The notes below the pieces were generated by a model. It saw only the letters and a program-made list of their open reading frames with translations. It did no database searches and was not told where the DNA came from. DNA of 64,000 nt from Blastocystis sp. Blastoise (taxonomy: Eukaryota; Protista; Bigyra: Opalinata): contig JBBPEB010000002.1 of the NCBI GenBank assembly GCA_039096225.1, forward strand, positions 620,001-684,000. The letters are read 5' to 3'. Below are positions 45,215-61,251 of the stretch, piece by piece; positions within the stretch are counted from its first letter, which is position 1, and each line of letters opens with the position of its first letter. The position numbers were made by a program, and so were the translations under genes.

Positions 45215-48200
45215 CTTATATATAAAGGCAATAGAAGTTGGACATTTGTGTCTCAAGTTCACGGACCGTTTATTCTATGATGGTTAAGACTATGATAATA
45301 TCCTTTCAGTATGTTATAGATTATGTTCCAAATTTTATTTTAGTTTTTTTAAATTTTCAAAAATTCCATATCCAAGGCCTCAAAATAGTCCGAGAAGTTT
45401 TGCCGACCGTTAGCAAGTTGGCCGTCCTATGAAATCGATTAAAAATTTTTGAAAACTCATTCTAATTGGATAAAAAGAACACAAATATCTTTGTCTATTT
45501 TCGCGCCAAAAATTTATTGACATGGTCAAAGTTTATACTTCTAATCATTTTGTCTTCATTTTTTCAAAAAAATTTCAATTACATTTCTTTTTCTTTTGCA
45601 AAACTTTATTTTGCAATTTTTTTATCCAATTTTTTTTATCTTTTATTTTTAAAATTTCTTATTTCTTTTTAATTTCTTTTTTTATATATTTTATTTATTT
45701 TTTTATATTTATTATTTATAAATTTATTTTATAATTTATAACATTTTTCGCCACACATAAAAACAACTTTTAAAATATTAGAAACAATTTAGACCAGTAA
45801 TCAGTTATCAAAGTGACTTAATAGACTTAATTTTAACCTATATACATAAAATAACCTAAATAATGATAATATATGAAGCTTTGAAAAAAATTGATCCACA
45901 GAGTGTTGAGATATCGGACACATTCTCTTTTGAACCTTTTAAATTTTAATGAAAACTATCTGGATCATCATGGTAACTCATGAAACCATCCTAAAAGTAA
46001 ATTAAAACCTGTTTTTGACATGTTGAAAAATTAATAAAAAACTTCAATTGCGTGTTCTGCCAACATTTTTTATTTTATTAAATTTTAAACGTTACAGAGT
46101 TTATCCTATGTGTTTATGTTCATAAATTATTTGAATAAATTTTTAAAATAAAAAGGTCGAAGAGATATCGAAATCATTTCACTTTTAATAAAAATATTTG
46201 GACTTAATATTTGATATTTAGACAAAATCGCCACTCATTGAACCCATCATGTTTCTTTCAAGACAAGAATGAGTCGATATCTGTTTGGTTGACCCTCATA
46301 AAATCAATTTATGACTACATTTATGAATACAGTGACCTATATTATACACAAATATGTTATTATTGCATATTTATGACAACAAAGTTGGTGTATCGGCAGA
46401 TTTCGACCACTTTAATTTCGACTCTTGACTTCATATTTGGTGTAAGGATGCGATATATGTTACACTATGATTTTTTTTGTCTTTAAAGACTTTTTAAAAA
46501 AGGTCAAAAAAAGTTAATTGCGGCTTTGCACCAAAATAAGTCGTTCTAACACACTTTTTAAAAGTCATATGAGTAGTTAATATACTATTACATATATATA
46601 TATGAAGTTAAAATGTAAAATATCGTTGAATCTCGGTGTCAAAAATGAGAAACAAATTTTGATATTCTTCAAAAATTTTGTTTTTATTGTTTCAACTAAG
46701 GTCTATTTCTACCATCATTTTATAATATATATATAAAATATAATAGAATTTGTATATGTTATGTTATTCTTATTAAAAGTATATGAAAAAATTCTAAATT
46801 AATTAAAAATTGACAGAGTTATTAAATGAATAAATATTATGTCTTTTTTAAAGTTTTTTATTTTTGTTTTTTGTTTTTTTATTTAATTTTGAGTTGAATG
46901 AGAATGTTTTAAATTATACAACTACTATTTACAAATACATTAAGACTTTGGACATATAATATATAAATATTGGCTTTTTAAAAGACAGTTAACAAACAGA
47001 TTGGCTGATGTAAAGATACTTTGATGAGTTGTTTGACAAATTAGCATTCAATTACTGAATACATGTATAACATAAGACTTTAAACAAGTGTTGGTTATAT
47101 TTATATTGAAAAGTTGAAAACAGTATAATTGTGACTTATCACTATTAATTCTAAACATAAAGTGTAAAAGTAAGTTGGATACTGTTATATAGATATTTAT
47201 AATTAAAAATTAGTTTTAAAATAGTTTTGTATTTTGAAGATATGTCTTCATTCTGACTCTATGTTTTTTAAATTCAATTGAAAATGATAAAACATAGTTT
47301 TAAAAGGAAATACAAATAAAGAAATTAAACCTATTTTTCAATATTTTGTTTTAAAGAGTGAATTTATTTACAATTAATTTTTACATAGTAGAGATTCAAG
47401 TCAATTTTTGTTATTTGTAACTGTGTATAGCAAATATTACTGAATGACAAAATTACAGACGATTTCATTCTGATGCAAAACATTTCAAAATGGTAAAGTC
47501 TTTCAAAAGTCTTTCTTAACTAAACGATTTTAATCAAAACCAAAATAATTTGTTAAACTGTTGATAGTTAGTTTTAAAAATTATTTTAAATAGTCAACTT
47601 GAAATGTTTTTTTTTTCTAATTGTTGAGTTGTAAAGTAATAGTAATAAATTTTTTTTACTGAATGTTTTTTAAATAACGTATATATTAAATATATATATT
47701 CAATTCAATTAAAAAATAAAAAAAATTTGATATTTTGACCCATTCTTTGTAATATGTTTTACAAACATGTCACCAAAGAGTTTTTCTAATAATGATAAGT
47801 ATTCTAAACATGTTTGTAATTAAAACAATTGAAATTAATAGTAACAACAAAAGAATGAATTGCATTGTTATGTTTAGTTTTTTAAACAGTTGTTAGTTTT
47901 GTAAGTGAAATGGTCACTGATATGTATTCAAGCCATTATTGAAAGTCTATTAAAAATATTTTTGTCAATTTGTGATCAGAATCGTTTTGAATAGAAAATT
48001 TGATAGTCAAAAAAGAATATTTATTTTATTTATATGTTTATTAAAAAAACTGTTGTGCTTATATAAAAAATAGAAAGGTAATATATAAAGTATAAACAAA
48101 ACACAAACTTCTGTTTTTAATTATTTTTTTTAATAATAGAAAATACAAAGAAATAAAACAATTGGCTTATTTTATCAACCAATAGAATTATTTATAATTT

Positions 48201-48421
48201 TTATAAATTTTATTCTTTTAGAACCACAAATAAAAAAGTCAAAATATGAAAAGAATAATAATTGGCTGTTCATTTTTTGTGTCCCATAAAATCTCAAAAA
48301 TCTCAAAAATCTCAAAATATCTCGAAGATTCAGAATTTTGAAGATTCTTGAGACAAAAGTCATAATGGGAATGGTCTCATTTTTATTTTATTTCCTGTTA
48401 TAGAGTTGCTTCTCGAAAAAG

Positions 48422-49118
48422 GATGACTAGATCCAAAAGAAATTATAATAGTCACGATGGTATATTATTAATTTTATTGAGATTTTTTAAATTATTTAGA
48501 CTCAAGTTTAGATATGGAATACCCGTTATTGTCTTTGTTGTCACAATACAATCAAGAAGGTAGATATACATTTATATTATTATTATATTTAGTAATATAA
48601 TATATTTTTATTAATAATTGGTTTATCTTTTAATTGATTAAAAATTAATATTTCTTTTTCTATTATTATATAATTCTTTATTTTAACACAAGATAATTGA
48701 ATTTTTAAACAGTTTATATTTTCTAAATTAAATATATATATTATTTTTGATTTTCGTTTTCAACTCTTTAAAATATAATATTATTACAATATTAAATTAT
48801 TATTTTTGTACATAATTTGAGTAAGAATCTATATATGAATAATGTTAATCAAACATATATATACTATATATATTATATATACTATTCTATATTTCTATAG
48901 ACTCCAGTTCGATTCCGAATTCCATGAATAGTACATATACATATTATATATATTATATCTTATGAGTAATAATTATTTTATATATGTAGATTATTCAAAT
49001 ATTCCTTCTTTTTTGGGAGGTATATATATATTATAAATATTATTTAAATATTATTTTATAATATATAATGATATCTTTCTTTTATAGATTCTTTATCGAC
49101 AATATATTCTATAAACTG

Positions 49119-49149
<31 letters not shown>

Positions 49150-49993
49150 ATTCATTACTACAAATATGTTCTTTAAATAACCTTTTTTTCCTTAATAGTA
49201 CATATATATATAATTTATATATATATTTAATATTACGTTATAATGTATATATTATTATATATATAGACCCTTCATCGAGCGCTTCTTCATTAAATAGTAT
49301 ATATAAAATATTATATTTTATATATTATAAAATATTTATTAAATATTATACTGCAATATCTTATCTCATTTATATATAGACTTCTCATCGATACCTAATT
49401 CCACAAACAGTAATTATACATTTTATATACATATTATATGTATACTATATATACTAATTTATTATTTATTTATAGACTCCTCATTGATACCTAATTCTAT
49501 GAATAGTACATATACATATTATATATATTATATATGCTATATATATATTATTCTTTTTCTATTTATAGACTCCTCATTGATCCCTAATTCATTAAACAGT
49601 AAATATATATTATATATATAGTTTTTATATTATAATGTGTATTAAAATATAATATAAAATAAAAATTCTTTTATCTAGGTACTTCTTCTATTCAATCAAT
49701 ACCAAATGGTATGATTTTTTATTATATTATATATTTTTGGTACAAATATTATAATATATGCCGTAATATATAATAATCATTACATATATAGTTGCTTCTT
49801 CTATTCTTTCAAATCCAGTTGGTACATATCATATCATTCTAAATTATATTACTTATATATTTATATATTATGATTATATTATAATACATATATATATATA
49901 TAGATGTTGATTTATCAATAATGAATAGTATATAATCATTTTATTTACTAATATACAATATAGACGATATAGCAGATACTGAAATCTGTTCAA

Positions 49994-50053
<60 letters not shown>

Positions 50054-51172
50054 GATTCTAAAAGGTCAAAACATTATTTAAATCAAAGTATGTATTAATA
50101 TTACTTATAATTATATATTTAGAAATTCGTTCTATGAAAAATAGAAATAATTCAAATGAAACTGCATTAGTAAAAAGTATATAGTACTAAATTCAATTAT
50201 ATCTATATATATATTAGGTAAAGAAGAGGATGAATGTTGTCTCACTAAGTGTGAAAAATGCAGGAAAGAATCTGCAATGTTTAATATAAATTGTAAAAGT
50301 ATTTTATTTAATTTTATTTTTGTTTTACTTGAGTTTTTTAATTTTTTTCTGTTTTTAAATATATAATAATTTGTTATACTTGATATCATTTATTTATTTA
50401 TTATTTTGTGTTATGTATTAAATATTAACCTATATAATAAGAATCTCATCTATTTATAATATTGAGTATTCAGTATAGTCTAAAGTTAGAAAAATTTAAT
50501 ATATATCAACGATATAAATAAATATTTATTTGATATTGATTAGAAACTTATTATTATATATTTTGTTTCTTTTCCATAATAGCATATCACTAAGAGTGAT
50601 GCTATGCTATTATTATTTTTTGTATTATGTTTGTTTCAATTTGACTAAACGTTTTATATTTTCTTATATACATAGAGTACAAGAGAATAGAGAACATATT
50701 CGAATTTCACTCTTCTTGCTTTTGTTTAAATTATAAAGGAAGCGAAGGTACATTTTAATATTAACTATTTTTAATATATTTTTATTTAGAAAATAGTCAT
50801 TTTAGTAATAATATTGAAAAACAATTCTTTGAGAGTAAACTATTCTCGGTTAATTGTGATAGTATGATTTTTAATAGAAATAGTTTATATAAATAGGTAA
50901 CGATGACTCAGAAGTTATTAATAGATTTATATTCAAAGATAATACAACTCTATTTGCAAATAAAACTAAAGAATTATCCAGTAATAAAGAAAAACACTCA
51001 GGTATGTAATATATATATAAATTAAAATATTATAATAGTTCTTTTATCAAATAATAATAAAAATGATAAAGAAGAGGATGAAGAGGATCTATCAAGTCCT
51101 CCTTATAGTGATAGAGAGGTTTCACCTCCTACTTCACCTATTTGTCCTTTATCTCCTCTTGATTATTATTAA
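48422..51172 (+). CDS. Helitron-borne multi-exon gene with an array of mostly 30-nt micro-exons (model approximate)
   Basis: About eleven AG|exon|GTA units between 48901 and 49992, mostly 30 nt and mutually similar (ACTCCTCATTGATACCTAATTCTATGAATA-like); terminal TAA at 51170-51172 followed by TTTGTTTTGTT. Confidence 0.5.
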
Positions 51173-51376
51173 GAGCTTTGTTTTGTTATTTTATATTTTG
51201 TTAGATTTGTATTGTTATTTACTTTTTTTTTCTTTTTAAACTTACTTTTTGTTTGGTTAAATATTTTTTAATATAAATATAATGAAGATAATAATTTAAA
51301 TATGTATATATTTTTAAGATAATAATACATATTTAATTACATTCTTATATAAAACTAATTATATGTAATACTATAG

Positions 51377-54300
51377 GGATAAAACGAATACAATCTAATT
51401 CTCTTAAAAGAAGAGATATATTTGGAAATTTTTTGAATACTCACAAATCAAAAAAGAGAAATAATCAAATATTAGACGAAAGTCAAAATGATTTAAATCA
51501 AGATAATTCATTATTCAATACAAATAATTCATTAAATAATGTATATCAAATAAGTGAACAACATCAAATACAACAAAACTATATAGAAACTATATCTTCT
51601 TCTTCTCTAATTCCAAGTGTTACTTCAACTCAAAATAATTATACAAACTTATCTATTAATAATGCAATCGGCACATTAATTAGTGAAACAAATTTTATTG
51701 AATCAAATTTAAATAATTATACAAATTTAAATAATGAAAATATTGCTCAAACATTAATTAATGAAACAGATTTTATAGAAACTGACATAAATAATAACAA
51801 CAATGAAAATATGTCTCAATCAATAGTTGATGATAGTTTTAATTCTACTTTTGTTTTTGAAAATAATGATACAAATGATAATACACAACCTACTATATTA
51901 AATAATCCTATAACTCCTTTACATAATCAACACAATAATGATATTCTATCAGATAATAATAGCAATAATAATCATACTCCATCTATACATAATACACCAA
52001 ATTCTAATACAAATAATCAAATAGTATCTCCTTCTACTTCTCTCATTATAACACCTCCTAGATTATCACCTATTATAACACCTCCTAGATTATCTCCTCT
52101 TGATTCAAGAATTATTAATTCTTCTTCTTCTTCTCATAATAATAATAATAATTCTATTATTCCTCCTCTGCCAAGATCATCGATATTAGATATATTAAAT
52201 TATTATCAAATATCTCCTATTCAAAATCCTAATAATAATAATTTATTATCAGCAAAAATAAATAATCATAGAAGAAGAATTAATTTTGATTCTTCTACTT
52301 CAGATAATGATTCAAGTACAGATAGTGATTTCACACCTATTATTCTTTCTAATACTACTAATAATCCTATTTTGCAAATAGAACCAATAAACTCTACAAA
52401 TAATAACGATATAGATATAGATAATCAAAATGAAAATAATAATGAAGAAAATAATGGCAATATTCCTATTGTAATAAGATTTGAAAACTGTGAAGCATGT
52501 ATTAAATTAAGTATGTTTAATATTATATCATTATATTATTATAATTCTTTATGATAATAGAACTATTATTATATTATGTATAGGAAATGGAGAACAAATA
52601 ATAGAAGAGAATGAAAGAGATATTCATAGAAATAATATATATGAATATTATAATATAGGTAAAATGAATCATGTTTGTATTCATTGTGAAGCTCTTCATT
52701 TTGAAGCAGAAAAAACAAATTATAAGATTACAAAATATTCTACATATAAAAAATATATTAACTTAATTAATAATTCAAGAATAGATTTTGAGTATTATGA
52801 AGGAGATCATGATTATATCATTACAAGAAATTCAAATTATACAATGTGTTGTAATAATGGGAAAGTGAAAGTAGAATCACCTATAAATCTTCCAAATGAA
52901 TTATTAAATCAATTAAAGAGTCAGACACCAAATAATAAATTATTTAGAAATGAGATAAGAAGATATAATAATGCTTTTGCTTTTGCTTCTATGTCATGTT
53001 CTAATGTAGTAACAGGAATGAATGGTCCAGGACCATATTTTTATAGAGTTCATGGTAATGTATATCATTCTATGAGTGATTTATATCCTTCTGATAATTC
53101 TCCTCCTTCTTTTAATCAAATATATATTTATGATGAAGAAGAAGCTCTTCATATTCGAAATGGAAATAGTATGTTTTCAGAATTATCTTCTGATTTATTA
53201 TTAAGTATTGATTCTATGATAAGAAATAATAATAAAATATATGAATCTTTTAAAACATTACATGAACAAGTAACAGAATCAAGAAGAATAAATAATACTA
53301 CTTATTCACAAGTAAATTTAAAATTACAATTTAAAATAAGTAATTATGATGATAGAAGAAGATTTAATGTTCCTACTACAACAAATGAAATAGCTATGAT
53401 TATACCAAAACAAAATGATGAAGGTTTACCAAATATTAATCTTTCATGTTATCCAAGAAGAAGAAGAAGAAATGATGATAATAATGAAAATAATAATGAA
53501 AATGAAAATGAAAATAATAATGAAAATATATCAGAACAACAAATGACAAATCTTAGTTATAATAATCCATTTTGTGAGCCATTAATATATCCATTAATGT
53601 TTCCTTATGGATTACCATTATGGAGTTTAGAATCTACTTCTAATATTATACGTAATTCTGAATTACATTTAAATCGTCAAAATAATAATAATAATAATAG
53701 AAATATTTCTACAAGAACAACAACTAATAATAATAATAATGAGAATGAAATAATAGAAGAAGTAGAAAATGAATTAAATAATAGAAATAATTATAGAATA
53801 AATAGTAATCATACAGAGAATAATGATAGTAATGGAGATGATTCAAGATCGATGAGAATTATTCCAATTTTTAGAAATAGATCAGAAAGAGGATTTCCAT
53901 TAGATATTTTAGGAAATGAATTTTATACTATACCTACTATTTCATTAAGAGAATTTTATTCTTATTTATTATATACAAGACATCCTAATCATAAGAATTA
54001 TTTATTATTATTTGAAAAATTATTATTACAATTTATGGTTGATGCAGCTACAAAAATAGAATATTCAAGATTATTATTTATAGCAAATAATCAAACAAAA
54101 TTAAGATCAGAGAAATATTCAGTATTTAGAGATACAGTGAATGAGATGATACGAAATGGATTTAGTGATGAATATATAAGAAGTAGAATGGGAAAAGCAG
54201 TTATTATTCCATCAAGTTTTGTAGGTGGTCCTCGATATATGAAGAATTCTTACTTAGAAACAATGGCTATTGTAAGAGCTTATGGTAAACCAGATTTATT

Positions 54301-57300
54301 TATAACCATGACTTGCAATCCAAATTGGCCAGAAATCTTAGAATCATTAGAAGAAGGTCAACAACCTTGGATGAGACCTGATATAGTAGATAGAGTATTT
54401 TATATAAAATTGAAAATCTTAACTCATTTGATAACAAACTTTAAAGTATTTGGAGAAGTAAAATGTATATGTTATTCAATAGAATATCAGAAGAGAGGAA
54501 TGCCTCATGCACATATTTTAATTACTTTAGAGAATGAATATAAATTAAGAACTCCTGAAGATATAGATTCCTATATATGTGCAGAAATTCCTGATCCTAT
54601 AAAGAATCCAAGATTATATGAAATTATTACTTCAATGAATATGCATGGTCCTCATACAAGAACATCTCAATGTATGAAAGAAATAAATGGTCAACAATAT
54701 TGTTCAAAGAAATTTCCAAAAGATTATAGAAATGAAACTACAATAAATGAAGATGGATATCCAAATTATAGAAGAAGAGATAATGGTAGAGTATATGTAA
54801 TAGGTAGGCAATCAAATGTAAATAATACTTTAGATAATAGATGGGTAGTTCCATATAATCCATATTTATCATTAAGAATAGGTTGTCATATTAATGTAGA
54901 AGTATGTTCTTCAGTAAGAAGTCCTAAATATATATTTAAATATGCTTTTAAAGGACATGATTCTATTAATGCAGAAATAGAAAGAGAAGATACTAATAAT
55001 AATGCTAATAATAATAATCCAAATAATTCAAATAGAAATGAAATAGAAATACCAAATGAAATGAAATCTTATTTAAAAGGAAGATATTTATCAGCTCCTG
55101 AAGCTATGTGGAGAATATATGGCTTTCCAATAAAATATTGTAATGTGAGTGTAATTACTTTAGATATTCATGATGAGAATGATAGAACTGTATATTATGT
55201 GGAAGGAGATGAAGAAAGAGCTTTAGATAGAATAATGAATCAAGATACAATGTTAACAGCATATTTTTAAATGAATGATTTATATATAAATGAAGAATCA
55301 AGAGGAACAATGGATGAACCCTCTATTTTAACTTATATAGAATTTCCTAAATATTATACATATGATTCAAAATTAAAGAAATGGAATCATAGAAGAAGAA
55401 ATAATAAAGTAATAGGAAGACTTCCTTATATGGATCCTACAAATGATAATTTATTTTGTTTAAGAATACTTTTATTACATGTAAGTCGTCCATTAAGTTT
55501 TGATGATTTAAAATGTTATGAAGGTCAAATATATAATACATATAGAGAATCCTGTATAGCAAGAGGATTATTAGTAGATGATACAGAATATTATGATATT
55601 CTTGCAAATGAAGTAATAGATGCTACTCCTTGGCAATTAAGACAATTATTTGGTTTACTTTGTTCTTATTATCCTATTACTGATCCATTATCTATTTGGA
55701 ATACTTATAGGAATGATATGATAGATGATTTCTTTCATCAATATATAAATGAATATATAAGTATAGATAGACAAGATGCATATGTATTAGATTCAGAAGA
55801 TAATGAAGTGAATAGAATAATAGAAGAATATTGTATACCTAGAGCATTAAATCATATAAGAAGTGTCATAGATACAAATAAACATAATGGAGGATATCAA
55901 AGTACTAATTTACCACAATTTGATAATAATACTAATATGATAGATTATGAATCTGAAGGAATTAATTTTGAAGAAGATCATAGAATAGCAGAAAGAAATA
56001 TAAGTTTATTGAATGAAGGACAAAGAAGAGTATATGAATCAATAATGGAATCAGTGAATAATAATGAACCTCATAGAAATAATATGTTTTTTATAGATGG
56101 ACCAGGAGGAACTGGAAAAACATTTCTTTATAATACAATAATTAAATCAATAAGAAATAATATAGATGATGTGATAGCAGTTGCATGGACAGGTATTGCA
56201 GCTACTTTATTATGTGGAGGAAAAACATCTCATTCACAATTTGGATTACCTTTTGAATTAAATGAATCTTCTTCTTCTTCTATTTCAAGAGGATCTCCAA
56301 GAGCAGAACAAATTAAGAAATGTAAAATAATAATATGGGATGAAGCTCCTATGGCTTCTAAATATGCTTTAAAAGTAGTTGATCGATTATTAAGATTCTT
56401 ATATAATGATGAGATAGATATTCCATTTGCAGGTAAAACAATAGTATTAGGTGGAGATTTTAGACAATGTTTACTAGTAGTAGCTCATGGAAAAGAAGCT
56501 GATATAGTTCCTTTATGTATTAAATATTTAGATATTTGGAATGAATTTAATCAATTTCAATTGACAGAAAATATGAGAGCAAATGCAAATGAAATAGAAT
56601 TTAAAGAATTCTTATTGAAGATAGGAAATGGTGAGAGATGTAATAATAAATTAAGATTATTATCAAAAGATAAAGTACATATTCCAAGAGAATGTATTTG
56701 TGATGAGAATATAGGTGAAGAGATATTTCATGAATTTATTAATGATTCAAATACAGATATATATAGACAGAAATTAGCTTCAAATTGTATATTATGTGCA
56801 ACAAATGAACAAGCATATTTAATTAATGAAAGAATTCAAAATATGATAAGATCAAGTTCTAATCATTATTATAGTCATGATGAATTAGCAGAAGAAGTAG
56901 AAGATATAGATGAAAGAGATGCTTATAGTACAGAATATTTAAATAGTTTAATTCCTCAAGGATGTCCACCTCATAATTTAGAATTGAAAAGAGGTTCAGT
57001 TATTAGGTTATTAAGAAATTTAGATATAAAGAGAGGATTATGTAATGGAACGAGATTAGTAGTATTAGATACAAAACCAAATGTAATAAGAAGTCAATTA
57101 TTAGTAAGAACTGATAATATGTTAGAAGGACAAGATATAGTATTGATTCCAAGAATTAAATTTATAGTAGATGATAGTGATTTACCATGTAAGTTAAGTA
57201 GAAAACAATTTCCTGTCAGATTAGCTTTTGCTATGACTATTAATAAATCACAAGGTCAAACATTTCAAAATGTAGGTATTTATTTAGAAAGACCAGTATT

Positions 57301-57454
57301 TAGTCACGGTCAATTATAGGTTGCTTTAAGTAGAGTACGTTCTTTTCATGGTATAAAAATGTTTATAAAGAATGATAATATTAATCAAGGTCAATTAATC
57401 AGAAATAGTAATGAATGGTATACTAAAAATTGTGTATTTAATGGAGTATCATAA
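51377..57454 (+). pseudogene. Helitron Rep/helicase (RepHel) with two nonsense mutations; intron ~52512-52583, first exon unresolved
   Basis: Zn finger CIHC...CCNNGKV; Rep motifs PDLFITMTCNP, EYQKRGMPHAH (HUH), KYIFKY; Pif1 motifs GPGGTGKT, WDEAPM, GDFRQ, CNGTRL, AMTINKSQGQT, HGQL*VALSR; stops at 55268 and 57317. Confidence 0.95.
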
Positions 57455-58585
57455 TTTATTTTTTTATTTTCGTATTTTTGTTATGTTTTTCAATTTTCTT
57501 ATTTTTCTTATTTTTCTTATGTTTTATGAATATTCTTTTGTTATTTTTCTGTTTTCAATGATTTATTTGTTTATTTATTATTTGTTAATAATTAATTCTT
57601 AAAATTTATATTGTTTAGTTTATAATTCTTTATCATTATCAAAAGAAATCTAATAGCTAACGAAAAGAAATAATTGACAAAAACAGACTTAATAGACACA
57701 TAGCATCGGCGAAGCCGATGCCACCCGCTAGTATTAAATAAAAATATGAAACATAGATGACATTTAGGTTGTATTGTTTGCAAATATTTTTTAAATTTTA
57801 TTCTATGTTGAATATTGACAGGGATCTAATGATCATAAAATTGTGTGTCAAACACTAAAATTTTTAGAAACAAATATTTCTTTATTAAAAAGTATATGAC
57901 AAATATAAAACATATTTATAACGGATATAGAGTTAAATAAATGCATTAAAGCTCAAATAAGTTTATTTAAAAGGAATGTGTTGGATATCAGTTTGTCTTT
58001 TGTTGTTATTTAAAAGAGTTATTGCTGTTTCAGAGTAGTCAAGGTCATTATCATGACAACTTAAAACAACTTTAGAGTTTATAGTTAGTGATCTGTGTAT
58101 TAATATGCTGTTAAGTTCTTAATATAAACAAATTTACCTGTCAAAACTATTTATAAGACTAACCCGTAAATATTTATTTTTTTTTTTTTTTAAATAAATA
58201 TAAACAATGTGAGTGGATATGATAAAAACAAGAAAACAATAATAATGTAAAATGATAACTGTGTGTTTTAAAAAAAAAAGAATATTGGATAAAATAAAAA
58301 TAATCCAATAATTTTGGCTAAAATTTTGTGTGAAAATATTTTTTTACTCTTTTTAGCCAGAAATTCTGAATTCTTGAAAAATATTTTAATGGCCATTTTC
58401 TAAATTGTATTCCGATTTTTATGATGTTATTTTTACTTTATAAAAGTTAATAACAAAGCTATAAATAGTAAAAGTGTATGAGACACCGTACTTTTGGGCT
58501 GCTAAATTAAGGATATTAATTTTTCTATAACACTAGTCTATGATCTATTTAATAATAATAATAATTTCTCAAGATATGGTATAGA

Positions 58586-59765
58586 ATGGAAAGAAACGAA
58601 ATTAATGCAAATACTAGTGATGATGCTTTAGATAGTACAAACTTAAATAATGCTGATAACTCTGAAAAAGAGTTTGCTGAAGAAGATACAATTGTAAATG
58701 ATGAAGAAGAATATCAAGAAAGGAAGCAAACTAGACACCAACGATCTATCAAATATTTTACGCAAATACATATGATTGTAGTGAATCTCTTATTAATTAT
58801 AATAACTTTGAAAATTTGTCTATGGAGGATAAATTTAAGTCAATTCAATTGAAAGGTGAGCCTCACTTCTTATTCTTCTTCACGAGCATCAATTGAAACT
58901 TTTCAATATTGAAACTCAGTGAGAAGCTAATATTTTTGGATGGAACATTCTTCTACTACTCGAATTTTGTTTCAATTGTTGCATGTACAGTAAACCTTGA
59001 TCGAAAAGTAGTTCCACTTGCTTTTGGCATATATGAAGGTGAAAATTAAGCTACATGAACTTCCTTTTAAACACATTTTAAGCAATCATTGGGTACTAGT
59101 AATCTACAGAATGAAGAGTTTACTTTCTTTAATGATAGACAAAAATGTTTAATCAATACTGTTTCTTCTCTATTCCCATTATCATCACATTTATTCTGCC
59201 CATTTCATTTGATTCAGAACTTAAAGAAATTTAGAGATAATTCATATTTGTTAATTAAAGACATGTGCTTAGCTTCAAATATTGATGAGTATAATGCAAT
59301 ATTTTTAGAATTGATAAAAAACTTGTCAGGACTATCTTGCAAGTCTACCAAAAGAAGTATATTGTGTGTTTGCTAATACTTCAATAAGAAGATATGGGTA
59401 TATTGCCAGCTTCACGATAGACTCCTTAAATAATGTACTAAAGGAATTTAGAAAATCTAATATTATTGATTTTATTTTTTCTTTCTATTCTTACTCTGTT
59501 GAGAAACAGCAACAATTTCGATTGTCTTTAAATTATGGTGGAACAATGATTTCCTTCTATCAATCCTTTATGATTCCATTAAGAATTCTATCCTTAACGA
59601 TGTAGGAAAAACATTAGTAAAAGCAAAAGTTATTAACTGGAATAATGGTATAAAAATTGGTGATATTAGATATAATAACAGTTCGTATCATGTTAATTAT
59701 TTAGTAAACTTGTTCTTGTATGATTTATCAATACCTTAATGCACCATGTGAGCATGCTATTACAC
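58586..59765 (+). pseudogene. Mutator (MULE) transposase relic with SWIM zinc finger
   Basis: DGT, VPLAFGIYEGEN, NDRQKCL...FP...HLFCPFHLIQN, and CSC...PCEH at ~59711-59757; many stops and frameshifts. Confidence 0.85.
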
Positions 59766-59944
59766 TATATATCCTATTAAAAACGAATAAAACCTCTTTT
59801 TCTCAGATAATACGGAAGAAATCTTTAAATGTATGTCTATTAGCAAGTTAATTAATCAATATATGAATTATAAATCTCAGTATATTTCATTAATATATTT
59901 TATATTATATGTACTATATTTTTCTCTATTACATTCTACCTTAT

Positions 59945-59977
<33 letters not shown>

Positions 59978-61076
59978 TATAGATATTTTTCTAAAGAAAA
60001 TCTACAATTCTATGAAGAAAATTATGTTCTTCATAAACCACTTTATCTTGTTTCGAATGTCGGTAGACAGGCCATTTATAGCTATGGATGTTTACTTGAA
60101 ATATTATCAAAATTAAAATCGTACTCAAAGAGAAAATTAGAAGTTATTGATAAGACATGGAAGATATTATAGCAAACTTTCAGGAAATAACTACATTTGA
60201 AAAAGAAAAAATTCATGATACTGACACTAATCATACTAACAAATACTATAATTTTAGAACAAATAGAACTCCTTCATTGAAAAGAAAGGCTATCGAAAGT
60301 TCCATAAATTAAAAGCCGAATAGTATATCAAGAAATAGGGTTTTATTAGTAGCTAAAAGAAAACGGCAACATAAAGATAAATAAATATTAATACATTTAG
60401 TTTTATTCAATTAATATATGCATATTGTTATGTTCGTTTTTTAAAATTACGTGTTGTAAATTATTTATTTATTTTTCTGTTTATTTTATTATATGTCTAT
60501 TATCATTGAATAATTTATTATTGAATTGAGTTTGCTCCTACTTTTATTTATATCTGAAACTAATGGAACAAATATAATGAGAGCATAATATGAATTTTCT
60601 TATGATATCTAGAAAACAGCTATTGGAATTATGCAAAGACTTATGCCTTTTTATATTTACCATTGAATAAGCTGTTGATAAAAAATTTTCTTTATACATA
60701 AATAAGGTATTACTAACAAAATATATATTTATAGAAATCAGACTTCATTTTGCAAGAACTCACATTATTATTAAAGTTATCAATTTTGAATAAACAATAA
60801 GAATGTGGAACAGAGAAATAAGAAATTTAATATTTTAAAATTCTTTAGATAATCATAAATATAATTTTAATTGATTTAGATTAGATTAATATTATTATGA
60901 TTATGTATGCTACATTCTAACTTGATTCTATTTGTTTTATGTATCAATGTATACAAATTGAAATTCATTACTAAAATTTTAAAATATAACCCAACAAATT
61001 ATAACTGTTAAAAAGCAATAAATAGCATAGTAAAACATTTATTATGAAAGAAAGTGTGAAAAGATTCAAAACTGTC

Positions 61077-61250
61077 ATATTAAAAATATAAATACCAACT
61101 TAGAACATGCAGAGTATTAACTATCAACTTGGAATATGTAAAGTATTAACTGTCGACTTGGAACATGTAAAGTATTAACTGTTAAGTTAGAACATATAAA
61201 TATTAACGGCTAATTTAGAACTTTTAAAATATACAAATGTCAACTTGGCA
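61077..61250. repeat. ~29-bp minisatellite
   Basis: AACTTGGAACATGTAAAGTATTAACTGTC-like unit, about six degenerate copies. Confidence 0.8.
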
Positions 61251-61251
61251 C

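Larger units (their letters stand above)
45214..57731 (+). mobile_element. Autonomous-type Helitron (~12.5 kb), now defective
   Basis: A|TCTTATATATAAAG 5' end after an (AAT)n tract; GCATCGGC-gaa-GCCGATGC hairpin (57703-57721) then CTAG|T; RepHel inside. The 5' end is less certain than the 3' end. Confidence 0.82.

Noticed and set aside
44394-57319. Stop-codon reassignment suggested by in-frame TAA/TAG in transposon genes
   Set aside because: The stops replace different conserved residues (Glu in LNPI*E, Tyr in HGQL*V), and viral and Crypton genes end normally in TAA; these are nonsense mutations.
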